Source: Nitrosopumilus sp. (GTDB lineage: Archaea; Thermoproteota; Nitrososphaeria; Nitrososphaerales; Nitrosopumilaceae). Taken from it: a DNA stretch of 64,000 nt. Under the pieces are notes generated by a model. The model worked only from the letters and a program-made list of their open reading frames with translations, did not search any database and was not told the origin of the DNA. The DNA lies in the NCBI GenBank assembly GCA_965203315.1, contig OZ241857.1, positions 64,001 through 128,000 on the forward strand. Direction: 5' to 3'. Position numbers and translations under genes: made by a program. Positions 22,170-33,109 of this stretch are shown in pieces. How positions within the stretch are numbered: the first letter of the stretch is position 1; every line of letters starts with the position of its first letter.

Positions 22170-22472
22170 CGACTCTAGTACATTTCTATCAATTAAGACT
22201 ATTCCGTAATGTTCTTTGTCATGATGATATGTCCAATATCTAACATCACGAATCTCATTCTTTTGGCGTAAACCATGTGTTATGCCAGTAGTTACAGTGT
22301 AACCTATCTGTTTTGCGAGGAGTTGTTGTTTTGGCATCAAGACTCTAAACCCATCTTTACGATCTTTAAATCCTAATGATACCATCTCATCTACTGCTGA
22401 TGTGGCCTCTGAGACACTGCTAATATCGAAAGTCTTTGACACTGGAATCTTTTTTGGGTCAATGTCCATCAA
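22158..22472 (-). CDS. Hypothetical protein
   Basis: 104-aa ORF with ordinary composition. Confidence 0.75.
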   Translation of the reverse strand: MMDIDPKKIPVSKTFDISSVSEATSAVDEMVSLGFKDRKDGFRVLMPKQQLLAKQIGYTVTTGITHGLRQKNEIRDVRYWTYHHDKEHYGIVLIDRNVLESLNI

Positions 22473-23182
22473 TATTTTATGATCTGGCTTGACATATATC
22501 TTTGCTCTACTAGCGATGTAATTTCTACAAAATTAAACATGGTAGTGATGCAAGTTTAAAATTTCACCGTATCTGCGATATTGGTGACATGATGACCGCA
22601 ATTATGATCCATGACTCGGCTCAATACCCGTTATGGAGCGTAATCACTAACCTATGAGATTTTCAAATTTGCGACTAGTTTTTTAAAACTCGTGCATGAT
22701 GTCTTGACATTACTCTACAATGTTTTCAAGATTTTTATAAAAATATCCTAGTGATTTATTGTTTTTTATGCCTTGCTGTATGTCATATGTTTCTAAATGT
22801 TCTTTTATCTGTACTCGATGATAAGCTTTACCTCCTAGCAACTCATAAAATATCCGTTTAGTAATGTTCTCCGTATTGCATTTGTCGTATTCAATGTTGG
22901 AACCTGCTACAATCCAACTTTCGATGCATCTGTCTACTACTATTACATGTTTTTCATCAATGCTGAATTTAGTAGCATTATGTTGTTTAACATCCATAAT
23001 TTTATCGGATTTATCTCTATCTACAAGTACTATAAATTTTTCATTATGTTGAAGGTTTCTTTTGATCACATTGCGAGTTGTTTCTGTACTTTCCCGTGCA
23101 TATTGGAAAAACTTTGTAGTGTATTTGTCGAAACATTTTTCTAGAATTAACTTGATTACTAACTTGTCACATTTACCTTCTA

Positions 23183-24556
23183 TAGTCGAGGACAAAAATA
23201 AGTTCACACTAGTATTTGACCATAGTCACCAAATACAGTGAGCAGTTGTACAACTCTAAATAGTAAAAGAAAATTAATCTCTAGATCGATTTTGGTTGAT
23301 GTTTATACTTTATTGACTAGTGTGTTTACGTAGATGTATGGTTAGAGAACATGATGAACTCCTTCGGGCTTGCAAGTATAAGGAATACATAAACATTACA
23401 AGTAGAGCCATAGGTGTAAAAATGGTTCTAGTTGATAAATGTACAGTAGTACATGCAGCAAAATCCATCGAAATGTCAAGAGAAATGTTGAGTAAATGGA
23501 TCAAACGATATGAACAAGACGGCATTGCAGGTCTGGAGGATAGACCTGGTCGTGGTAGGCCACGACTAGTGTCTAATAAAATGGTGTCATACTTGGCAAG
23601 TTTAGAAAAATACAAAGACGTGCGTTTTGTGCAGCAAAAGATCATCAACAGGACAGGAGTAAAGTATCACCCTAAAACAATACAACGTAGATTAGTTGAG
23701 ACAGGACATACCGTGAAACGCTACATCTATCAAGTTCAGGCCAATCGAGAGAGTGACGAAGGAATTAAAAAGTATCAAGAAGATAATTTGCCTTGGATTA
23801 TACGTGCGGACAAGAGAGGCCATCTGGTAATGGTAGAAGACGAAATGCATATGGGTACTCATTCAAGAAGGCGGGGACCGGTTTGGTCACTAAAAGGCAT
23901 AAAGACATACATGAAAGCACCATCAAAGGGTGAAAAAATATCGATATTTGCAGCAGTTGGAATCAGGGGACAAAAACACATCGATACTTTTTCAAAAGCA
24001 AATACCGATGCCTTTATAAAATTTTTAAAAGGTCTGGTCAAAAAGTATGGCAAAAGATACAAGAGAATAATCATAATAATGGATAATGCATCTTATCATA
24101 AAAGTAAAAAACTTTTAGAATATATTGAAACGACAAACATTATACCTGTATATCTACCAACGTCAGTACCTGAGCTTAACGCCATAGAGGAACTTTGGCA
24201 TCAGTTCAAGAGTAAAATGCCAGCTGATCTATATTTTGAGGTGGTAGAAGACATGATAAAATACGTGGAAGAGAATCTAAAAAACAAACCGATCAAACTA
24301 GACGTACTAAAATTTCTCAAAAGAGAGATCACCACTCCAATTTAGTCTCAAACTTTACGAGTTGTGTACTAGGATATGGCGTTCAAGCACGAAAGTCGTT
24401 ACATTCACTAATTAATTGCAGAGACATAATACAAGTTGTCATATTGTGTTATTAAAAATAACACATCTTTAAATTAAAAGTGCTCTACTATACATCTTAG
24501 TTAACAAATATGTTAGAAACAAAATATGAGTGTGAACTTATTTTTGTCCTCGACTA
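23183..24556 (+). mobile_element. IS630-family element, 1374 bp
   Basis: Perfect 28-bp inverted repeat TAGTCGAGGACAAAAATAAGTTCACACT; TA duplicated at 23181-82 and 24557-58. Confidence 0.93.
23320..24345 (+). CDS. IS630 transposase
   Basis: WIKRY..GL.DRPGRGRP, EDE, MDNASYH, PELNAIEELW. Confidence 0.95.
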   Translation: MCLRRCMVREHDELLRACKYKEYINITSRAIGVKMVLVDKCTVVHAAKSIEMSREMLSKWIKRYEQDGIAGLEDRPGRGRPRLVSNKMVSYLASLEKYKDVRFVQQKIINRTGVKYHPKTIQRRLVETGHTVKRYIYQVQANRESDEGIKKYQEDNLPWIIRADKRGHLVMVEDEMHMGTHSRRRGPVWSLKGIKTYMKAPSKGEKISIFAAVGIRGQKHIDTFSKANTDAFIKFLKGLVKKYGKRYKRIIIIMDNASYHKSKKLLEYIETTNIIPVYLPTSVPELNAIEELWHQFKSKMPADLYFEVVEDMIKYVEENLKNKPIKLDVLKFLKREITTPI

Positions 24557-24585
24557 TACATATACGTATAAATTACTCTTTATCA

Positions 24586-25824
24586 TTATAACCAATTCTG
24601 ACGCATTAATGTTGATATTGGCATTGCATCTTTAAATTTTTTGACAACCTCACTATCTTCAAATTTAGTAAAGATAGAATTACCTTGTTCATCTCTACAC
24701 AAAGTCAGAATTCTTTCTGGCGGAACATATTCGAGTATATTTGTATCGTGTGTGGTGATTATAATCTGATTGATTTCTGACGCATCATCAAATAGATCCA
24801 TTAAACCATTTAAAAGACCAGGATGGATATTTCTTTCCGGTTCTTCAACAACTGTACATTTACTATTCTGAAAAAATATACAGATTAATAATGCAATAAT
24901 ATTTGCAGTCCCGTCAGAAATAAATATGGCTGGTATACTTTTTGTATTATATGTTTCATTTAGATTAAATTCCATAAACCCTTGATGATATTCTGTAGAA
25001 ACTGTTTTCAAAAATGGTAGCAAATCTTGCAAATAACTTAGTAACATTTTAGTTTTTTTTCCATCTTTTTTGATTTGATTCAAAACGTATGCTAAATTGG
25101 ATCCATCTGAATTTAGTGTAGAGTATTGGCTTACCAAGCTTGGTGATTTTAACAATCTTGGTTCAAAATTGTATGTATGGATATGTGTTATAAAATCATG
25201 CCATTCTGGAACTATTATTTCAAATAAACGAGTTTCTAATATTAACTCGTTTTTATTCATTGGAAAATATCTCAATATGTTGTGACTATTATTTGTAGGT
25301 GTTGTTGCATCGTGTAGTTCATCATGAAAAATAACACTTTCGTTAATTTTTGAAAACGTTAAATTATGGGTAATTATTTTTTGTTCATTTTTGGAATCTG
25401 CTTTAATAGTTAACTGATCGCCAGTAATCTCATACGGTGATTTTTGTTCAAAATTAATTGAGAATTTGTAGATAATTTTTTTTGTTGTTGACTCAAGATG
25501 TTGATCAGTGCTTAGATCAAACTCATTTAATTTTTGGTTAATGGATATAGGCTTATCTGATTCGAAATGAATTTCAAATAATAATGATCTGTCTTTTGAG
25601 TTTAGATTAAGTATAAAGTCACTACCTCCTTGTCGCGCCACTGCATCTTCTAATCCTTGGTCTGCAATATCTTTGATAAATGAAAATATACTTTTTAAGT
25701 TAGACTTGCCAGATGCATTTTGTCCTACGATCACATTAAATCTACCAAGTTCAATGTCTATATTTTCAAAACTTTTAAAGTTGCAAACTTTTATTCTGTT
25801 AATATAAAAATTAGGTACAGTCAT
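24586..25824 (-). CDS. ABC-type (AAA_15/AAA_21-like) ATPase
   Basis: NFKSF, GQNASGKSN, ISDGT, VEEPERNIHP, ITTH; very AT-rich. Confidence 0.92.
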   Translation of the reverse strand: MTVPNFYINRIKVCNFKSFENIDIELGRFNVIVGQNASGKSNLKSIFSFIKDIADQGLEDAVARQGGSDFILNLNSKDRSLLFEIHFESDKPISINQKLNEFDLSTDQHLESTTKKIIYKFSINFEQKSPYEITGDQLTIKADSKNEQKIITHNLTFSKINESVIFHDELHDATTPTNNSHNILRYFPMNKNELILETRLFEIIVPEWHDFITHIHTYNFEPRLLKSPSLVSQYSTLNSDGSNLAYVLNQIKKDGKKTKMLLSYLQDLLPFLKTVSTEYHQGFMEFNLNETYNTKSIPAIFISDGTANIIALLICIFFQNSKCTVVEEPERNIHPGLLNGLMDLFDDASEINQIIITTHDTNILEYVPPERILTLCRDEQGNSIFTKFEDSEVVKKFKDAMPISTLMRQNWL

Positions 25825-26226
25825 ACGTTGCTGTGTGGTTTTTATATTTATAAATATTTGCCTTTACGATCAGTCCGGTCATCTCTAAAGTATTTATAAA
25901 AGTTTTAGAGATCTTACAACGGTGGTGCATAGTTTACACTAGGGACATGTTCCTGTCAATCAACGGATTTCGAACAATTATCCATTCGGGTTCATAACGT
26001 CTTCCTACCACTCTTCATCGTTTTATTATGATCTATGCAATTAAGTTCTGGGGTCGATTCCCTCCCCCAACCAATGACTGACACTTTAACGATTCTGACG
26101 ATAATGCGTGTCGAATTCTGAATAACTTTGTAGCTACATTCTTCTTCCATTTTTTTGCAAGCTTTGTGTAAAATTTTGTAATAGGACTCGAGTATGAACC
26201 ACATGTGTTCGTATGGCATCAACTAG

Positions 26227-26343
26227 GGTTCTTTTTGGTTTATGTGAAATAAATAGTTACAGAAAAAACACTACAAGAGTCTATATGGGAAAATCGTGGA
26301 AAGCACCTTGTAAATCACCATCCCATGTAAACCGAAAAGATCC
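26227..26343. mobile_element. MITE family B, about 117 bp
   Basis: Imperfect terminal repeat ggttctttttggtttatgtg / catgtaaaccgaaaagatcc; homologous to 39630 and 59493. Confidence 0.75.
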
Positions 26344-26384
26344 AGCATATGAACTTTTTATAGATCTCATAAAGCAACTGATTC

Positions 26385-27122
26385 ATGGCGATAAGATATG
26401 AAGCTAATCCTCCAAAGATCTTACTAGATAGCAACTTGGATGATTCCATTGGGCGATTTGTTGAAAAGATCAAACTCATATCGTCACGATGTGACGCAAT
26501 TCACCTAACAGAAAATGTCCTAGGTGCTGAACGCGTCTCACCGATACATGTTGGGGGTATTATCAAAAAACAACTCCCAGATCTACCCATTACTGTGAGT
26601 CTCAGAGTACGAGATAAGAGCAAGGACGACATAATCAATTTTGTACAAGATTGTATTGCAACAGAATTTGATGGCATTTTGGTCTTGATGGGCGATCCCT
26701 CTAGGACTAAGTGCGATTCTGGATTGATTCCAAGTAATATGGTAAGAATGTTAAACGATATGGAGTATGGTTCCAAGATAGATCTATATCTTTCTGTATC
26801 AAATACGCCTAACTTTGCAAAACTTACTAAAAAACTTGCTGCAAGACCTAAAGGCTTTGTCACTCAAGTGATCCAAAACATAGATCAAGTTCGTACAATT
26901 AGTGGCCACTTGAAAAGTTTCTCTATAACTCCAATTGTACTATATCCATCTAAAAAAAATACCAGATCTGCAGAGTTTCTAAATATTGATATGGGACAGT
27001 ACAAAGACTCATTTTCAAATTTTGTCTCTGAGATACATGATATCACCGGCGATGTTTTGATTACATCGCCAAACGATTTTGATGGATTGATTAAATTTTT
27101 AGAAAGCTATTATCGATATTAG
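26385..27122 (+). CDS. Methylenetetrahydrofolate reductase family protein
   Basis: YEANPPK, SLRVRD, LVLMGD, GFVTQ. Confidence 0.8.
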   Translation: MAIRYEANPPKILLDSNLDDSIGRFVEKIKLISSRCDAIHLTENVLGAERVSPIHVGGIIKKQLPDLPITVSLRVRDKSKDDIINFVQDCIATEFDGILVLMGDPSRTKCDSGLIPSNMVRMLNDMEYGSKIDLYLSVSNTPNFAKLTKKLAARPKGFVTQVIQNIDQVRTISGHLKSFSITPIVLYPSKKNTRSAEFLNIDMGQYKDSFSNFVSEIHDITGDVLITSPNDFDGLIKFLESYYRY

Positions 27123-27571
27123 GATGTTTTCAATTTACCTCTGATCATCTTTTACAATATTTTTCCTAAAGTCTAAATCTCGCAGTACTTTTTTTCTCTG
27201 AGAAAATATATCTCATGTAACTCAAAAAAGATACCTCATATGGATGGCTTTAACAAAACGAAAAGTAAAATATGTGGACATGTATGACAAAGAATTGTGC
27301 ATGGTTTTGTTATGGCTCTTACCTTGTTTACAGTATGTTAAGAATCTCCGTTGACTATTGGACCTTTAAAGATGCTTTGAACGTTTAGACATGATCTATG
27401 TGTGGGTGAATTTAACCATGTTCATGCCTGTGTGTGGCGAATGGTTAACTTGATACTAAACACATCTACATGAAAACATACGATAGTTATTTTGGCACTC
27501 AAATGATGATCGACAACAACTTGCTGTGTGCCTTTTAATACATAAATAGAAAATTACCACATCTATGATCG

Positions 27572-28243
27572 TTGATAATCGATCTCAACATTCAGAACAA
27601 GCGGATAGTGATAGTCGGTGGGGGTGACGAAGCCGTAAAACGTACGATGTCTCTACAAGGTCAAGGAGCTGAGATAATAGTGATATCTGAGACACTAAAT
27701 CACCCATTGACAGAGATGTCTACATCTGGACATATAACCATACAGAGACAACATGTAGTTGATCCTCAGCACGTATTGGATCTAGAACCTGATGTGGTGA
27801 TTACTACTACTAATGATCACGATCTAAATCAAAAGATTGTTAGGTGCGCAAAAGAGCACAAGATATTAGCATACAGTTCTGACGATCCTCTGTTGAGTGA
27901 CTTTACAAACCCATCTCAGATCAATATTGGTGATATCATCAAGGTTGCGATATCTACCGGTGGCCAAAGCCCAGTCATATCGAAGAGACTTCGAGTTAGG
28001 ATTGAACCAGTATTAAAGAGCCTGATCACAGATGTGGATATACATCAGATACATCTACAAGCAAAGGCAAGATCTCTTGCCAAGGCGAGATTAGATAGTT
28101 TTGAAAGCAGGAGATCATATCTTAACAACTTAGCAAGCGATCCGGAGATTGAACAGTTAATAAAAGACGGTCATGTGGACAGAGCTGAAAGAAAGGCGAT
28201 CAAGATGTTGGAGAACCGGAGCGATGGTCCAAGAGATTATTAA
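27572..28243 (+). CDS. sirC: Precorrin-2 dehydrogenase / sirohydrochlorin ferrochelatase family
   Basis: IVGGG Rossmann motif, SDDP..DF, AISTGGQSP. Confidence 0.9.
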   Translation: MIIDLNIQNKRIVIVGGGDEAVKRTMSLQGQGAEIIVISETLNHPLTEMSTSGHITIQRQHVVDPQHVLDLEPDVVITTTNDHDLNQKIVRCAKEHKILAYSSDDPLLSDFTNPSQINIGDIIKVAISTGGQSPVISKRLRVRIEPVLKSLITDVDIHQIHLQAKARSLAKARLDSFESRRSYLNNLASDPEIEQLIKDGHVDRAERKAIKMLENRSDGPRDY

Positions 28244-29480
28244 CGCGCGAATTACATTTCGAAATTCACCGATTCATGTGTTGGAACAGTTTACGATACG
28301 AGATTTGAATGCTGCGTATTCAAAATTTAAGAATTCGGGCTTGGAAGAATGTGTGATCATCCAAACATGTAACCGTATCGAACTCTTTGCAAAGTCGGAC
28401 ATGCTAGATATACCAAAACTCAAAGATACTTGGGCGACAGTAACCGGACTAAAGCATGAATCGTTTGATGATAATCTTGAGGTGGTACAAGGTCAAGATG
28501 CATTATCACATCTGTTGAAACTTACCGTTGGTCTGGACTCTATGGTTGTTGGCGAGGAGCAAATTTTAGGTCAGATAAAAAACTCGATAGCATCTGCGAG
28601 AGAGGTTAAGGCATCTGGTATACATTTGAACACATTATTTGATAAAGCGATAAGAATTGGGACTAGGATTAGAAACAGTACCGGCATTGGCAAGGGTGGC
28701 ACTTCGGTTGGTTCGATGGCAGTAAAACTCGCAGAAGAGAATCTCGATGATATGAAGACAAAGAAGATTCTACTGATCGGTACAGGTGAGATATCTACAT
28801 TGGTCGCCAAGTCCTTACGGAGACGCGGTTACAAATTTGACGTTACTAGTAGGACACTAACTCGTTCTCAAACTTTTTGTGATGCTCTGGGTGGAACACC
28901 GATAAAATTTGAAGATGTTTTGGAAGGATTTGCTATCTATGATGTTCTGTTTGTAGCAACTACTGCTCCGTACTTTTTAGTAACATTTGATCGAATTACT
29001 AAAGCAGTAAAGAGAGATAGAGGAATGATGATATTGGATCTCTCAAATCCTAGAACCGTTGATGAACGTGTTGCAACTATTGGGGGCGTCAAACTGATGA
29101 ATCTAGATCAGATTGCAGAGATGGTTGAAAAGAATACCGCCTTTAGAAACAACCAAGCAAGAGCAATAGAGAGTACAATTAAAGAAGAAGTAACAGTATT
29201 AGAGTCTTCGATGCGTCGACTAACTGCTGAACCACTAGTTGGCAATATATTCAAGAGTATAGATGATCTACGTGAGCGCGAACTCGAGAAGGCACTACAT
29301 ATGTTAAACGAGACAGACGAAAACCGAATCAAGATCATTGAAGAGTTGACTAGATCAATAGTTGAGAGCATCATGTCTACTCCCATGAACAATGTTAGGC
29401 GAGCATATGAACATGGCAGAGAAGATATTGTAGATGTGGCAAACGAGTTGTTTGAGTACAAGCAAAAAAGTGGGTCGTAA
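28224..29480 (+). CDS. hemA: Glutamyl-tRNA reductase
   Basis: QTCNRIE, GLDSMVVGEEQILGQ, DLSNPR. Confidence 0.97.
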   Translation: MVQEIINARITFRNSPIHVLEQFTIRDLNAAYSKFKNSGLEECVIIQTCNRIELFAKSDMLDIPKLKDTWATVTGLKHESFDDNLEVVQGQDALSHLLKLTVGLDSMVVGEEQILGQIKNSIASAREVKASGIHLNTLFDKAIRIGTRIRNSTGIGKGGTSVGSMAVKLAEENLDDMKTKKILLIGTGEISTLVAKSLRRRGYKFDVTSRTLTRSQTFCDALGGTPIKFEDVLEGFAIYDVLFVATTAPYFLVTFDRITKAVKRDRGMMILDLSNPRTVDERVATIGGVKLMNLDQIAEMVEKNTAFRNNQARAIESTIKEEVTVLESSMRRLTAEPLVGNIFKSIDDLRERELEKALHMLNETDENRIKIIEELTRSIVESIMSTPMNNVRRAYEHGREDIVDVANELFEYKQKSGS

Positions 29481-29689
29481 ACCCACTCTGTCTCATAACA
29501 TTAATGTTTGTACCTTCAAAATATCATTGATGTAATTTCGTCAATTATATTCTAGATTCTCTGATTGGTGCCATTACGCACTCTTGATTAAAATATTTGG
29601 ACTATATACTAGTACCACGTGTTATCTAGTTCTCGGCTTACAGTCCAAGTCTAACTAGGATTATATTTTAGACGACTATACACAATGTA

Positions 29690-30682
29690 ATGTTCCCAAA
29701 GAGACGTCTACGTCGATTACGTACAACACCTGCAATGCGTAGTATAGTACAACAAACAACACTTTTACCATCTGATCTCATTTGTCCAATATTTGTACAA
29801 GAAGATCTGAAACACCGCGTTGGAATCGAATCGATGCCTGGAATAGAACGCATACCACTTGATGAAGTCTCTCGTGAGGTTGAGTCCGTGGTTGATCTAG
29901 GTGTATCCTCTGTGATGATCTTTGGAATACCAAAACACAAAGATGATGATGGCAGTTCAGCAATAGCTGACGACGGAATAGTTCAGAAAACAATATCTCA
30001 GATCCGTTCTAACTTTGGTGATAATGTATTGATAATGGCAGACGTCTGTCTGTGCCAGTATATGAGATCAGGGCATTGTGGAATACTCAAAGACAACAAA
30101 GTAGATAATGACTCTAGCTTGAAATTACTGGCCAAGATTGCTCAAAGTCAAGCTGTAGCTGGAGTAGATACTGTGTCGCCTTCTGCAATGATGGATGGTC
30201 AAGTACATGCAATTCGGGAACAACTAGACGACTCTGGTTTTCAAGATGTATCTATAATGTCTCATTCTGCAAAACACCGATCCAACTTTTACACTCCATT
30301 TAGAGATGCAGCAGAATGTGCACCAAAGTTTGGTGACCGAAAGACGTACCAAGTATCGTACACAAACCCTCGAGAGTCGATGATGGAGATCGCATCGGAT
30401 ATCGACGAGGGCGCAGATATTGTGATGATCAAACCCGCTTTGGCATACTTGGATCTAATACATGAGACTAGACGTAGATTTGACGTACCAGTATCTGCGT
30501 ACAGTGTATCTGGTGAGTACTCTCTCGTCAAGGCTGCTGGACAACTTGGATTTGTTGATGAGGTTTCTATAATGCATGAGATGTTGTCTAGCATAAAACG
30601 CGCAGGTGCAGATATGATAGTAACATATTTTGCAAAGAGTATGGCAAAAATGATGAGTCATGAGAAACGATCAACGGTTTGA
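29690..30682 (+). CDS. hemB: Porphobilinogen synthase
   Basis: DVCLCQY..GHCG, PSAMMDG, MIKPA, VSGEY. Confidence 0.97.
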   Translation: MFPKRRLRRLRTTPAMRSIVQQTTLLPSDLICPIFVQEDLKHRVGIESMPGIERIPLDEVSREVESVVDLGVSSVMIFGIPKHKDDDGSSAIADDGIVQKTISQIRSNFGDNVLIMADVCLCQYMRSGHCGILKDNKVDNDSSLKLLAKIAQSQAVAGVDTVSPSAMMDGQVHAIREQLDDSGFQDVSIMSHSAKHRSNFYTPFRDAAECAPKFGDRKTYQVSYTNPRESMMEIASDIDEGADIVMIKPALAYLDLIHETRRRFDVPVSAYSVSGEYSLVKAAGQLGFVDEVSIMHEMLSSIKRAGADMIVTYFAKSMAKMMSHEKRSTV

Positions 30683-30968
30683 GATAGAACGTGCTTTTGA
30701 TCTATTGCCACATGTAGTAGGATCTAGCTGGGCAGTTATATGGTTTAGAATGAACAAGATCAAATCTCCTACTCGGGAAGAGTATCGAGATAAAACATTA
30801 GAGTTTTTCAAGTCCATAGAACATTCACTAGAATACCCTGATACTCCAGAGTTTGCTGATATCAGTCGTTACATCAAATCTAGAAGAGATATCGAATACA
30901 AGAGAATCATCAATGGTGAGAACAAAGAGATTGAGAAGCGATATGATAGGTACATCGACTATGGTTGA
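30660..30968 (+). CDS. Hypothetical protein
   Basis: 102-aa ORF overlapping the end of hemB. Confidence 0.75.
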   Translation: MRNDQRFEIERAFDLLPHVVGSSWAVIWFRMNKIKSPTREEYRDKTLEFFKSIEHSLEYPDTPEFADISRYIKSRRDIEYKRIINGENKEIEKRYDRYIDYG

Positions 30969-31603
30969 ATCTCTGAATCTAACTGCTTCAGATATATCTT
31001 GATAAACTTGGTTCTGTTATCTGCCTCGATCTTTGCCGAATTGGTGTTCATAAGCGATTCGAGATGGAGTAGTTTTGTGTAAAAGTGATCTAGCGTCCAA
31101 ACATGATCATCTGGAGTTCTAGTTGTACAGAATGGGTCTATGGTGCTGTAAAACACTCTATTTGATTTGGCACCTGTAGTAAAGGCTCTTGCTATGCCAA
31201 TTGCGCCTAGGGCATCAAGTCTGTCTGCATCTTGTAAGATCTGAGAGTAAATGCTACTGGCTCTTATATGATTCGTATAACTGTGCTCTACTATTGCCGT
31301 ACATATGATATCGACCTCAATAGTGGTTAGATCATAGTCTGTTAGTATGCGCCTAGCTAGTCTTGCACTATGTGTTGAAGATAGCCCTGATCGTTCATCT
31401 GATTTTGGATATATGACAATATCATGCAAGAGAGCAGCACAGCAGGCTAGGAGTGGTTCTACTCCTTCTGCATTAGATAGTCTTAGGGCATTGTGATATA
31501 CACGTAACACATGTTCAAAGTCATGTGCAGTATCGTTAATGCATATTGCATCTTTGGACATTATATCTCTGACTTGATTTGTCAACCGTTCTATCGTATT
31601 CAT
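30959..31603 (-). CDS. HD-domain phosphohydrolase
   Basis: AHDFEHVLRV, LLHDI, QDADRLDALGAIG. Confidence 0.92.
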   Translation of the reverse strand: MNTIERLTNQVRDIMSKDAICINDTAHDFEHVLRVYHNALRLSNAEGVEPLLACCAALLHDIVIYPKSDERSGLSSTHSARLARRILTDYDLTTIEVDIICTAIVEHSYTNHIRASSIYSQILQDADRLDALGAIGIARAFTTGAKSNRVFYSTIDPFCTTRTPDDHVWTLDHFYTKLLHLESLMNTNSAKIEADNRTKFIKIYLKQLDSEIQP

Positions 31604-32232
31604 AATTTCCAGATCCTCGGCCTCATAAATCGTAACCGTCGTTCAGTAATTAGTGCCGTCCAGTTTATAGACGCAAAGAGAATTATCGTCATTATGCCCA
31701 AACCATCTATCAAAAGTATTCCTACTAGTCGATCTTCAAAGATCTCAAAGAATGGTCTGAGTACTGCATCACCAAAGTAGATCATTATTATATATGATAT
31801 TGTGCGTCCGCACCAAAATCCTATGTATATTCCTATACTTTTTGCACGAACCAATCCATACGTGATAAATAAAAGATTACTAGGTAATGGCGTTGCACCA
31901 AACAGAAATGACGCAACGAAATAGCCATAGCGTCTATGATTCAGATAACTACCAATGACGGCTAGATTGGATCTCTGCTCTGTCGACACAAACCTCCTAA
32001 ACAACGTACTCAGTCTCTTTAGACTCCATCTACCAACAGTCGCTGCTGTTGCACCAACAGCCGCAAGTACAAACACATTGAGCGTTGGATCTAGTAGATA
32101 GAATGACACTAGTACTATCCAACTCGGTGGCATCAAGATCGGTGACGCATTGATTCCAATCAATACGAGAAATATGCCAAAATATGAAAGACTAGCAAAG
32201 AGTTCAAAGATATCATCCAATGATTGTGTCAC
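31600..32232 (-). CDS. DedA/VTT-like membrane protein
   Basis: Several hydrophobic helices; PILMPP, ATPLPS. Confidence 0.8.
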   Translation of the reverse strand: MTQSLDDIFELFASLSYFGIFLVLIGINASPILMPPSWIVLVSFYLLDPTLNVFVLAAVGATAATVGRWSLKRLSTLFRRFVSTEQRSNLAVIGSYLNHRRYGYFVASFLFGATPLPSNLLFITYGLVRAKSIGIYIGFWCGRTISYIIMIYFGDAVLRPFFEIFEDRLVGILLIDGLGIMTIILFASINWTALITERRLRFMRPRIWKL

Positions 32233-32984
32233 GCTGTTTTTATTTCTAAATCTTATCTCGTAGGCTGTATCATCGATTTTAGATCCTCTCTAGATATTGT
32301 CCTCTAGATATACAAATCAAGTGATCAAATCTGTTCAGTGCTGTTTACAAACCTAAAACTTGCTTATTAATCCCATGTGAAGTTTAAAGATCGATTTCTA
32401 TGGTTGACTATATTGCGTAGATGCAAACGGTTCTATAAATTGCATAGTATGTCACAATCTGCCAGGATATCTTTTCTACATTGCATTCGGTCAAACGTCA
32501 AGTCTTGGATATGATATACTGGCTTGTTTTTGATATGTGTATCGTCGCCTCTCGATAACACTATATTGCAATAACACATTCTTGTATGCTCTACCTAGTT
32601 TGTGACATGTGTCATATATCTAGAATTCATCGACTTAACATCTTGAGCAATGACTGTAACATATATGGCCGCGAACATAATGATTTTCCTAGTCTGTTGT
32701 ATCACAATTTGGCGTTAGATGTTCTGCCAGAGGTAAATTCCGCTCCCGATTACACATATGCGGGAATAACAAGAAAACAATTCAGTTCGTGACTATAGTA
32801 TCGTTATGTTTCCAGTTTTTAATAGATTGTATAATGGATTATCGATCGTAACATGTTGAACGAGATCGCTAAAGGCAACTCTTCTAATTGATATGTAATG
32901 ATATGTTGAGATCAATATTCTGTACAAAACAGATACGACTATTTGTCCAATATCTTTATAAGCGATTTCAGTCTTTACTATATT

Positions 32985-33107
32985 ATGTCTTATGTGGTTT
33001 GGAAATGTTTTCGTTGCAATCTAATCTTCAAGGACTACAATCTAGCTGAGATTCATAAACAGATATCAAATCACTCAATCTCTAAAGTAAAGACGGTTGT
33101 TGCATAG
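32985..33107 (+). CDS. Small C2H2-type zinc-finger protein (40 aa, not in ORF track)
   Basis: MSYVVWKCFRCNLIFKDYNLAEIHKQISNH; TTTATAA box about 25-30 nt upstream. Confidence 0.75.
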   Translation: MSYVVWKCFRCNLIFKDYNLAEIHKQISNHSISKVKTVVA

Positions 33108-33109
33108 TT

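Larger units (their letters stand above)
22710..24586 (-). pseudogene. TOPRIM-like (DUF4276/DUF4435-type) partner of the ATPase, split by IS630
   Basis: 24586-24557 joined to 23180-22710 reads MIKSNLYVYVEGKCDK..LVDRD..IESW in frame. Confidence 0.85.

Noticed and set aside
23241-24372. Inner inverted repeat (gtacaactc / gagttgtgtac) suggesting an IS nested in a MITE
   Set aside because: Match is short and imperfect with no duplication; the outer 28-bp repeat plus TA explains the insertion. Not fully excluded.
25989-26200. Element bounded by ggttcata / tatgaacc
   Set aside because: Only 8 bp of complementarity and no second copy recognised.
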